The translations under genes and the position numbers were made by a program. The notes under the pieces were generated by a model that was given only the letters and a program-made list of their open reading frames with translations, made no database searches and was not told where the DNA came from. A DNA stretch of 64,000 nt from Callorhinchus milii (taxonomy: Eukaryota), in the NCBI RefSeq assembly GCF_018977255.1, contig NW_024704743.1:69814001-69878000 (forward strand). The letters are read 5' to 3'. Below are positions 1-10,237 of the stretch, piece after piece; within the stretch, counting starts at the first letter, position 1; each line of letters opens with the position of its first letter.

Positions 1-128
1 TTAAGACGTTATATCAAATGCAAGGATTATTGTCCAACACTATACAAATGTAATCTTCTTGTTGTTGACGTCCTGACATGAAAAGTGCTATATCAAATGC
101 AATTAAAAAAATCTGTCTTCTCTACAAG

Positions 129-250
129 ATCAGATACAGCCTGTGCTTGTATTGAACAAAAGTAAATGGACAGTAATAGACTGTGAAAGCTGGAGTGACG
201 GGCCATGTTCGTCTATTGATTGTGATACTGAGTTACCTCATGCAGATTGA
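129..250 (+). CDS. Probable last coding exon of an upstream host gene: (D)QIQPVLVLNKSKWTVIDCESWSDGPCSSIDCDTELPHAD*
   Basis: Pyrimidine tract tctgtcttctctacaAG (AG at 127-128), open frame of 40 codons ending TGA at 248-250, then AT-rich sequence without recognisable repeats and two AATAAA. Protein not recognised. Confidence 0.55.
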
Positions 251-840
251 CTTAAGAAGTGTAAAACCTTGACACACTGCCAAAGAAATGCTGAGTCTTG
301 TAACATTTGCGTTCACTAATCGTTACTTTGAGAATAGATGATTTAAAGACCTGCTGTTGTGCTTCTCCCAATATAGCACTTTATGGTTGAATTTAAATGT
401 GGCAATATTTACAGTAATGACTAGTATAGTATTTCATAAATGCTACAACCTTGATGAACAATGTTGTGCAAAGCTTAGTGAATATATTTAACAAACTGCA
501 CTCTTTTTGACTATTGTATTGCTAAATACTATCTGCAGCAGTGTGCAATTCTGCCAAAATTGATCAAAGGCTATGAATGTGGCAAAGGCATGCACTGTCC
601 AGTTTTGTTCGTAATGAATGAAGGTTTCTTTTTTTCCACTGTATGCTTTATTTGTTGGTAATAAAATACTCAGCTAATGTCTGTGTGAGCAAATAGAATC
701 CAAACTGAAACCAGTGTGAAGTCATATTGTGCCTATATGTGGCGTATAGAATCATGAACTTCACTCTTTCCTTTGGAATTCGAGAAATGTTTTTTTATTG
801 CAACTTGTGTTGCAATAAAATTTTAATTTGTTACACTGAA
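251..840 (+). promoter_or_regulatory. Putative 3' UTR with poly(A) signals AATAAA at 660-665 and 814-819
   Basis: Follows the stop codon; U/GU-rich sequence lies downstream of the second hexamer. Confidence 0.5.
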
Positions 841-1272
841 AATGTGTAATTTTAGCATAACAACTCCTCTATCATTTTTCCAGCTTTACTGCACCCACAT
901 GTGAGTCAATGCAAGGTTAGTCAGATACACCAAACGTAATTGACACAATGTGCAGCTGTATGTTCAGTTTAATAGTTCTACATTGTTTCATTTTAAAACT
1001 ACAGTAATAGTCAAAATTACATTCACTTTTTGATTTTCCCTTTATTTGGTAGCAGATTTGTAATGTAAATTGAGACATATGAAGTACAAGTTATGACAAT
1101 TATTATGTCAGATATAAATGTGGTTAAGAAGGTCAATCAATAACAAGATTGGGTGCGGATATATCCTCCCCCAATCTCCTTCTCCATCATAATGGATGAG
1201 ATTGAAGCTGGTGCTCAGTAGCCATTCGATTTGTTAGCTCATCTGTCACAGCAGCAGCCTGTCGGTTCATAA

Positions 1273-1637
1273 AAATAATATAACCCTTGCATTTGATATG
1301 GCGCCTTATCATGTCTTCGAGACATCTCAAAACACTTCACAGAATATCCTGTGAAGTGAATTGACTGTATATTTTGTGAGTGAAACACGGCAGCCAATTG
1401 CGCACAGCAGTGTCCCACAAACAGTCGTGGATTGAGTAACCACATTTTTTAAGGGATTATTACCCCTGGAAAAGTGATCCACCAATTGACTAACAATTAG
1501 GTTTCTACTTACTGCTAGGTAAACAGAAGTGCGTGGAGTAAGGAAACTTGCCTAAGGTTTTGCCCTGCTCGAGAATCGAACTCAGCTCCTCTCGCTTGCG
1601 AGGCGAGTGCTCTAGCCACTAAGCTACAGGACTCCAC
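1273..1637 (-). mobile_element. tRNA-derived Deu-domain SINE, long variant (SINE2-1_CM-like)
   Basis: Minus-strand head with A box TAGCTTAGTGG and B box AGTTCGATTCT, Deu-like core tgtgggacactgctgtgcgcaattggctgcc, L2-like 3' tail. Confidence 0.85.
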
Positions 1638-1743
1638 AACTCAGTTAGTTTAAAACAAAAAACAGTAGGCTACACAGAACATTTAAAACTTTCAATAAGC
1701 TACAGAGAACATTTGAAACCATTTTTCACTCTGATCTAAGTTG

Positions 1744-1862
1744 ACAACAACAACAACAAGATTCCATTTATAAAGCGCCTTTCACGTCAGGAGGACGTCC
1801 TGACGTCCTGACGCCTTGACGTGAAAGGCGCTCTATAAATGGAATCTTGTTGTTGTTGTTGT
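1744..1862. repeat. Inverted pair of L2 3' tails forming a hairpin
   Basis: 46-bp arms at 1744-1789 and 1817-1862 with one mismatch; 27-nt spacer. Confidence 0.9.
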
Positions 1863-2212
1863 TGAAATGTAAGTGTGTCTTGTCACTATCACTGTCGCTC
1901 TCACTCACAAATTAACAATAATGAGATGTATCTTACTTTGCACTATGGACAATATGTATCTCATTCTGCCCTTGATGCCTTCCTTCCCAAGCTCAGGCCT
2001 GGTCCATGAGAATCTGTCTGTTATTTACAATACTTGAGTTTTGCTTTCTTTCATTTGATTAGCTATTAGAATTAGGCAACACAATTGGGAGGAGGAGTTA
2101 TCCCAGCCAATGTATTGATAAAACATTTTCAAGGGAGGAAAAATAGAAATCATTGCCCACATTTTGGGGCTAATAACCCTTCCCCTGCAAAAAATAATAC
2201 TAATAATAATGT

Positions 2213-2382
2213 GGTCACTCAGTCCACAACTGTATATAGGACAATGCTGAGTGCATTTGGCTGCCGTGTTTCGCCTACAAAGTACGCAGTCGATTCACTT
2301 TACAATATATTTTGTGAAGTGCTTTGGGACGTCTCGAAGACGTGATAAAGCGCTATATCAAATGCAAGGATTATTATTATTA
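2213..2382 (+). mobile_element. SINE 3' half
   Basis: Deu core remnant and tail gtgataaagcgctatatcaaatgcaagga(TTA)n. Confidence 0.8.
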
Positions 2383-2959
2383 TTTTGCTGGGAAATGGAA
2401 CCAGATTCAAGAGAGGGTAATCATTAAGACAAAAGGGACTAATGGGTGCAGCTTCATAACAGGAGTCACAAATAATGAATCCTGCTGACATAATCTACTC
2501 TGGTTCCTGGAATTCTGAAGGATTGGCATGATGTCTTTCCTGTTAATAGTAACAGTCGCTGCTTGTGATTTTGAGTCACTACTAGTATTAGGAACCACAG
2601 AGTTACATGGAAGGTCAGGGTAAAGATGTATTATACAGACGGAGGGAACCAACGCAACCATTTTCAGAGATTTATAGCTACAATATCTTAGAAGGCAGTA
2701 AAAATGGCATCCAATCCTCATAGATTAGCAGGTTTTCTGTCTTCTGTGTTTTCGAGTTTCCAAAAATTATGGGATTTGCTGTGCATTTGGGAATACTCAC
2801 AGAGTTTGGCACAGTGATTGTGGTTCAAAATCAGAAGCCATTTGATGCCAAATATCCTCCTTCTATGTTGTAAACATTTCACAATGCTATGTTCCAAAGC
2901 CTTCTTGATATGCGTGGATTTAAATCTGTCTATTATGTGCAGCGGTTTCTGTTATTCCA

Positions 2960-3135
2960 CACTTCTCAGAGGGTAATTCATGACTGGAACAGCTTGCTAG
3001 GAAGGGTTGTTGAACCCAGGACACTGGATTCATTTAAAAAAAACAGCTTAGCGCTGTGAGGGTAGGGTGGGTGTACTGGAAGGATGGTATCAGGTGGCCC
3101 AAAGGGCCTTCTTCATCTGAACCAATCTTGTATTA
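2960..3135 (+). mobile_element. Old CR1-type LINE 3' fragment
   Basis: ttctcagagggtaattcatgactggaacagcttgc...; related pieces at ~23050-23230, ~43850-44130, ~58100-58290. Confidence 0.6.
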
Positions 3136-3439
3136 GTACTGAGAGATTTGTTTGAACGCAGTAATGTCAGATAGACAGAGAGCAATTCTTAAAAGCCATT
3201 GTTGGAGCAAGAGAAATACTCTAGTTTGGAAACATAATTTTATGAGAAAAACATTTTTAAAGATTTGCTAAACAATGTTGAGTGTAATGTTACGTGGTAG
3301 GTCATGTTTATGTGGGGTGTGAGTACGCATGAGTACGTTGAAATTGTGTGAAGGCAGGCAATGTGTTTTGAGGAAAAATGCTGACCAAAGCAAAGCAAAT
3401 AGGCAGGTATCAATTTTCAAACTACAGTATTTCTGCACG

Positions 3440-3600
3440 TCTCAAGACCCTTGCATTTGGCTACCTCCTACCCCTACACTCCCTGCCCTCCACCACCACC
3501 TGATCCCAACCCCCTGCTCGGGTCCAAATTCCTGACTATCCAATGCCTTGGGACAACCTCCAATGTGAAAGGTGCTATACAAATGTAATTTGTTGTTGTT
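3440..3600 (+). mobile_element. L2 LINE 3' end
   Basis: C-rich 3' UTR, stem-loop gccttggga...gtgaaaggtgc, (TTG)n tail. Confidence 0.8.
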
Positions 3601-3798
3601 CTTTTGCTGCATCATTTGTTTTTGTAATTCCTGTCAAAAGGATAAAATCAGAGACTTGAAGTATTTTTGTCATAATTTCGCACCGAAATAAACATTAGGT
3701 GGAGCAAAACCTTTTACGTATTTCAAATGATTTAAACAGATGTATTTAATTTGCATAACATTCCTTTTAGGAGGAGTGTTCATAAATAATATTTGACA
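3568..3798 (+). repeat. 231-bp segment duplicated at 9676-9906
   Basis: Direct comparison by eye: 4 mismatches, no indels. Confidence 0.95.
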
Positions 3799-4731
3799 TT
3801 TACTGTAAAAACTTTAATATTGTGCTTGTGAACCTGTATTGTGCTTTGTTCATTAATCATACAATATGTGTTAGAAAGTCCTCAGTTCCAGTTTTTGTCC
3901 AGGTCTTGCAGTGAAAATCTTTGTAAAGAACAAAAGTGAATTCTTGGAGAAATGTCAGGGGCAATCTATTTTTAATTGATTTATTCTTGTTATAAAAGCC
4001 TATGCAATATTATCTTCAACCATTGTAAGTATTCATGCCATTAACCATAAGGCTTCTGTCATTCATATTCTATCACGTAACATTGGCCGTAATGTATAAA
4101 TAGCCCCTCATTTATTTTTATAGTAACATAGATTTTGTTTAGCTGAAACAACCTTCACCTATTGAACTTTGCCACTATCCATTAATCTGCCTTGAAATCC
4201 TGAATTGTCCAAATACTTAAATTTATAAATATTTGTGCAAAATTCAACTCATTGCAGATACAATAACTTGATTACCACTAATCAACATGAATCCTAATCG
4301 TCATTCTGGGACCAAGTGGAGAGTTTAGATCTCTTTGGCATCATTTAATTTATTTTAAGCACAATTAAGATGTAATCTTTTCATTAGGTTATTGTACGAT
4401 TTTACAAATATAATAACTCAATGTTGAAGATTGTCATAGCGCGAAAACAAGTAAAGAAAATACATGCTAAATTGTTACAGAAATGTGTGCATCTGGTGCT
4501 AATTTTATCATTAGCATTTTGAGATGGTTCACTATAACCTCCTCGACGAGTTTGGCAATTTTTAGATCTTGCTTATTTCATATTATCATCAGATGCAATT
4601 CTATTCCTGCAAACCAGCAGACGTTAAACGACAAGTGTTCTGGGGAGTAGTTAACTTCAGAAACATCTTCCGAGTGTTTTACCATATCCTGTGAAGTGGT
4701 TTGAGACGTCCTCCCAGTGTGAAAGGTACTA

Positions 4732-5264
4732 CGTTAAAACTCATGCAAGTCATATCAGTCGGGACCATGACATTTAATATAACTTATGCAAAGTCTGAGT
4801 CGCAGGCAAACTGTATAAGTCTTATAAAATCTGATTTAATCAATAATCTACACTGCGCATGTGTAATTCAGTGTAGCTGGTAAATGCACATGCGGTGACG
4901 TGTGAAGAATACATTTCCCGCGATTCAACACGTTTTGACCCATCGCTGCAGGTGCACTTACTGGCAAGTGTTGGAATTGCATTGAATCATGGGAAATGTT
5001 CTTCTGCGCATGTGTGGATAGATGAAGATTATGTTTCTCGGGATTCAGTGCAGCCGGTCTGTAAGTGCACGTGTGTGGGCAGGACATCATTTGCTGCGAT
5101 TCAACGCAGCCAGTAAGTGTGGGAGTAATGGAGGATAGGGGAGCGGTGTTACGAGTTAGGAGGTGATTAAGCGGTTTTGATAGGAAACTGAATGGGACTC
5201 GGGTGAATGTATGACTTAGACAATTATACGATTTCTAAAGTTAAGACTTATATGAGTTTTACTG
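4732..5264. mobile_element. Tigger/pogo-like non-autonomous DNA transposon
   Basis: TIRs at 4732-4751 and 5245-5264 match 16/20 (CAGTAAAACTCAT-type); TA on both flanks; interrupts a SINE/L2 tail. Confidence 0.65.
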
Positions 5265-5370
5265 TATATGCAATATAATTTATATTTATATAGTACCTTT
5301 AAAGTCAGGAGGACATCTCAAAGTGCTTGAACATATGTACTTTACACGCATATATATACATATATATAAA

Positions 5371-5478
5371 CAGGGTGACCAAAAAGTCATGATATCTACC
5401 CTATTATCTAAAAAAAATCATAATTTCTTTAAGACTTATTAGACATGGTAATGGTATCACGACGTTTTGATGACCCTG
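5371..5478. mobile_element. Tc1/mariner-like MITE, 108 bp
   Basis: CAGGGTGACCAAAAAGTCATGATA ... TATCACGACGTTTTGATGACCCTG followed by TA; sits in a (TA)n-rich patch. Confidence 0.7.
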
Positions 5479-6929
5479 TATATATATTATACCTGTATAT
5501 CAAAAGTAAGACTTATTATTGTTGTGTTTTGCTAAATTACTCGCATTTACAACATGAATTTCTTCAAAAAGTTCTCAAAATACAAAATGTTACCTTCAGG
5601 CAATTTGTTTTAAAGAAAACTAATCATCTTGATCATTAACCAACCTTATAACCTTCCTCACCAAACTCATAGACTCGTTTGAAGAGATGACAAACATTGC
5701 TTCACAAACTAAAAGAGGATTCAAGCCTAAGAAATTGACATCTATTTTGGTTGTTACACACCCCTGGTGCAGCTTGCAGTTCATTCTTCTGAGGCCCCAA
5801 ATTTCTCCGAGTCAAAGCCTTTAGATAATTCTCTTAAAATTTAAGATTGTTCAGAATTTTGGAAAATTCCTCAACAGACAAATGGTTTGCTCCTGTTATC
5901 TTTCTAAGACACAAACCACATTTGTTTGCAAGCAATGACTTGTTTTTATCATGTTAGTCAACTGTATTGCATGACAATAAGTAGATTGCAAGTGGTTTTA
6001 ATCTTGAAGGCCTTAACCCTTTCATTCACTTTTTTCTCTAATAATTGATGCTATCTTCAGTTTGCAGGTTTACCACATTACACAGTAGTGTAATGCTGAA
6101 CTAATGCTATATCTAAATGGCGCAAGCATTTTGATGATGCAGTAATAAAGCCTTTATAAGGAAACTTTAATAAATAACTACATTTAATGCACAAAGAGAA
6201 AAAGAATTGTGTTTTGTGTTCCTTGCATGAGGTCAGCTTGTACTTTCATGAGGTGGGGTGGGAGGGGTCACACCCAGCAGAAAAATGTGATGTAGATGTG
6301 GCTATATCAGACTCAACAAGGAAACAACATAGCATTGTGGTGGCTACACCTTACGGTGTGAACAAATATTGTTGACATAAAATAGTGTGTTACATGGAGG
6401 TCAATGGTAATAACTTGCTGATAACAAGTGTGGACTGCTGGAGAAAATTTGGCAGTATCTCAGTCCTGCTCCCCAGTGTTGTGTTGCATGCTAATTGATA
6501 CCTTTACATAAAATTTACGGGAGAGCAGAACAAAGCCCTTTAGATACTTTATAAATTGGTTTGATGAGTGATGGAGTTGCTTCCTTGCAAGCATTGCTCC
6601 TAGTGTATTTAGAGTTAAATGGTAAAGTTAACCCAATAACCTGGAGATTGAGAATGTACCATCAAAAAAAATGTCCACTGTAGTATTAACAGCCTCAAGT
6701 TGTTCGGGAATTGCAGGTACAGGTACTATAGTTAATGGCAAGATTCACCAGTCCTCCATCTGTCTTACCAGTCTGTGGAAATGCATGGGGAGGCGACCAA
6801 CATTCAGAGAGGTGTTATTTATTGTAAAATAGCCTGTGCCAAATGACTAAGCCATTTTGGGTGCCAGCATGTAAACGTTCAGTAAGATTTCATTGACAGT
6901 AAAGATAGAAGCTAAAACCTAGTTAAGAG

Positions 6930-7250
6930 TATTATATTGATGGATTTTCAGAAAGGTCAGTATTGAGCTGTTCTATTTCTGTGGTTCAACCAAGAGCATT
7001 CACCTTCCAATATGTAACTGAATGCAGTGTACCTCATTTTAAAACCTCTCTCAAAAATGATGGCACATTAGGGTTGGAAATTGACGTAGAGTTGGGGGAG
7101 GGAGTGACCAGGGTTTGTTCTGAGTCTATACTGTTCTTAAAAGATATGGGTATTCCAGTAATCTAGCATTTACGGATACCCGGAGATTTCGGACCAGTGT
7201 AAAGGAGTTTGATAGTATTGAAAGACAAGGAATAGCAGATGGATTTTTAT
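6930..7250 (+). mobile_element. Degraded CR1 reverse-transcriptase fragment
   Basis: Remnants resembling CR1 ORF2 motifs (tattgatggattttcagaaagg ~ YLDFQKA; late-ORF2 segment to aaaggagtttgatag). Confidence 0.45.
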
Positions 7251-7371
7251 GTGGATAAATGCCTATCAGTGCAAGGAACACTTTTATCCACAGAATGTGT
7301 GAGCAAGGATGAAAGGAAAAGAATGTCATTGTGATTAGTGATCAGTCTCTGATAGTAACCAATCAATGTAC

Positions 7372-8055
7372 AACAATAACAAGATTTTATTTATAGAGCG
7401 CCTTTCACGTCGGGAGGACATCCCAAGGTGCTGAACAGTTGGGTCAGGACCCGAGCAGGGGGGAAATGGTCAGGGTGAGGGGGGGAAGGGAGGGAGCGAG
7501 GAGGGGGTAGAGAGTTGAGAGGGGAGCTGAAGGCTCGGTCAAAGAGAAAGATCTTGAGACTGGCCTTGAAGGAGGAAAGGGAGGAGGCGGCGAAGGCACT
7601 GGGGGATAGAGTTCCAGAGCCTCGGGGCTGAGAGGCTGAAGGCCCGGCCACTGATGGTAGGGCGGTTGGGGCGGGGGACGTGGAGCAGACCGGAGCCAGA
7701 GGAACGGAGGGTACGGGCAGGTAGGTAGGGGGATAGTAGGTCGGAGAGGTAGGAGGGAGCGAGGCCGTGAATGGCCTTGTAGGTGAGGATGAGGATCTTG
7801 AATTGGATCCTCTGGGGGATGGGGAGCCAGTGGAGGCGAGCGAGGGTGGGAGTGATGTGGTCCCGAAGCCTGGTGCGGGACAGTACACGAGCTGCAGAGT
7901 TCTGAATGACCTGCAGTGTGGAGGGAGGTGGCGGGAAGGCCGGCGAGGAGAGAGTTCCCATAGTCCAGCCTTGAGGTGATAAAGGCGTGGACCAGAGTTT
8001 CAGCAGCGTGAGGGGTGAGGTAGTGCCGTAGTCTGGCGATGTTTCGGAGGTGATG
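7372..8055 (-). mobile_element. Young 5'-truncated L2 LINE
   Basis: ORF 7539-8063 contains [36 protein letters not shown], the L2 ORF2 C-terminus; 3' stem-loop and (TTG)n tail. Confidence 0.92.
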
Positions 8056-8151
8056 TAGAACAATTATCAGTGTTAATTAGATACAGTGTAATGCAATTTA
8101 GATTTATATAGTACCAGTCACATTGGGAGCATGCTTCTTGTGATATTCTGT

Positions 8152-8565
8152 GAACAACAACAACAAGATTGCATTTATAGAGCGCCTTTCACTTCGGGAG
8201 GATGTCTCAAGGCGCTGTACAGTTGGGTCAGGACCCGAGCAGGGGGGAAATGGTCAGGGTGAGGGGAGGGAAGGGAGGGAGCGAAGAGGGGGTAGAGAGT
8301 CGAGAGGGGAGCTGAAGGCACGGTTGAAGAGAAAGGTCTTGAGACCGGCCTTGAAGGAGGAAAGGGAGGAGGCGGCGAAGGCACTGGGGGATAGAGTTCC
8401 AGAGCCTCGGGGCTGAGAGGCTGAAGGCCCGACCACCGATGGTAGGGCGGTTGGGGCGGGGGATGTGGAACAGACCGGAGCCAGAGGAACGGAGGGTACG
8501 GGCAGGTACGTAGGGGGATAGTAGGTCGGAGAGGTAGGAGGGTGCAAGGCTGTGAATGGCCGTGA
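8152..8565 (-). mobile_element. Young L2 3' fragment in tandem with the previous copy
   Basis: [27 protein letters not shown]; highly similar to 7372-7780. Confidence 0.92.
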
Positions 8566-9905
8566 AGTATAGTAACTGTGTATTTGTAAGTGAACCAATT
8601 GCAGGTAAGAGAATTGAAAAGAATTTGAAATAGAGAGCAATATTGCAGTGGCAAAATGTATTCAAATGCGATGTGGAAGTAAAGACATTTAAAACATAGA
8701 AGAACAAAAAAGAAGAACTGGGTGTGGTTCATTGCATCTCGGATATGTGAAACAGGCTATTTGAAGTGGTGTGCATTGCACAGTTATGCAGCTTTAGACT
8801 GAGAGTCAGTTGAAGACAGAATGCTTTCAAAGTTATTTTGCTGGAAAAGTCTGTTGAAAGGATTAATTACTGACAATGAATTAAATATAAAATAATATCC
8901 CTTTTTGGATGCAACTGACATTGTGCCCAACTGAACTAGTCTACGCTCAAGTTTTAGGAGTGAAATAATTTAGGCGTATATCAGATGTGCGGGGAACTGA
9001 TGTTATGATCTTATTGCTAGATTTTCCGGTCACCCACTTATTGTTAACCTTTTATGAACTTAATGGTAATTTTTTTACAAGCTGATTTGGAGCAGAGATA
9101 CGACTGCAGTGCTAGAAAGGGTTAATATTTAGTAATTAGTTTATTATGCTTATTTGATTAGGAAGCTTACTATTTGAAAACCATGGATTTGGGTTTTAAG
9201 AGAAATTATTGTCAAAAACAACAAATTGTCTACATGGTTTGGTTATAATGAATGGAGCTAAATATTTTAGAGTGAGTTGCATATTACAGTAGTTACATTA
9301 TTGTATGTAATTAGTTTCACTTGTTCAGGAAAGTCCCACTATAGTTCTTATACCCCTTTATACTTCACATCTTGTAACAGACCAAGTTGGATTGAAAAAA
9401 CACATAAATATTCCCACTCCAAGCAGCTCACAGGTTTGAGTACATCATATTTGGATTTCTACACATCTAAGCTTCACTAGCCGTGGCCGAACGCTAGTTA
9501 ATATTATTAAAGAGCTGAGAGTGCAGCCAGTTTTCCAATAGCCTTTAAGGCCAGACCAATTCTTCAACTTTATTTTTAATTTGTAAAGTTTGTTTGCAAT
9601 TGACTGCAATAATACAGTAGCTTATGGCATTAGTTCTGAAATCATCTCCGGAGGTGATTTAAGGAGCAGTGCAGAAAAGGTGCTATACAAATGTAATTTG
9701 TTGTTGTTCTTTTGCTGCATCATTTGTTTCTGTAATTCCTGTCAAAAGGATAAAATCGGAGACTTGAAGTATTTTTGTCATAATTTTGCACCGAAATAAA
9801 CATTAGGTGGAGCAAAACCTTTTACATATTTCAAATGATTTAAACAGATGTATTTAATTTGCATAACATTCCTTTTAGGAGGAGTGTTCATAAATAATAT
9901 TTGAC

Positions 9906-10022
9906 ACCCGAAACATTGACTCACTTTCCTTTCTCTGTAGATGCTGCCTGACCTGCTGAGTGTTCCCAGCAACTTCTGTTTTTGTTTCAGATTTCCAGCA
10001 TCTGCAGTATTTTGTGTTTTGT
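9906..10022 (+). mobile_element. Penelope-like terminal repeat fragment, truncated inside the hammerhead motif
   Basis: acccgaaacattgactcac...gatgctgcctgacctgctgagtgttcccagc...gatttccagcatctgcagt; matches 41193-41309. Confidence 0.8.
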
Positions 10023-10237
10023 CTAATCGCTATCATGATGTCTTGTTACTATTAATGCAACCACATCACATCAAGTTGAATATGTAGTATAAAAAGTGTC
10101 ATTAATGATTAGGAACACCAAGTGGGAGGAATCAATGCTAGAAGAATTAATATCTCTGCAGCGTCACTGGCTTAATAAATATATATATATATACACACAC
10201 ATATATATACATATATATATGTATAAGGTGTGATGAA

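Noticed and set aside
248..460. TGA as selenocysteine with a SECIS near 416-458
   Set aside because: ATGA...TGAT is present, but pairing next to the core is poor and the AAA is paired rather than in the apical loop.
4860..5120. CRISPR-like repeat-spacer array
   Set aside because: Repeats are degenerate, irregularly spaced, partly inverted and inside a MITE in vertebrate DNA.
9044..9125. piggyBac-like MITE (AGGGTTAA end; also TTAACCCT at ~6013)
   Set aside because: The matching opposite terminus is too weak to call.
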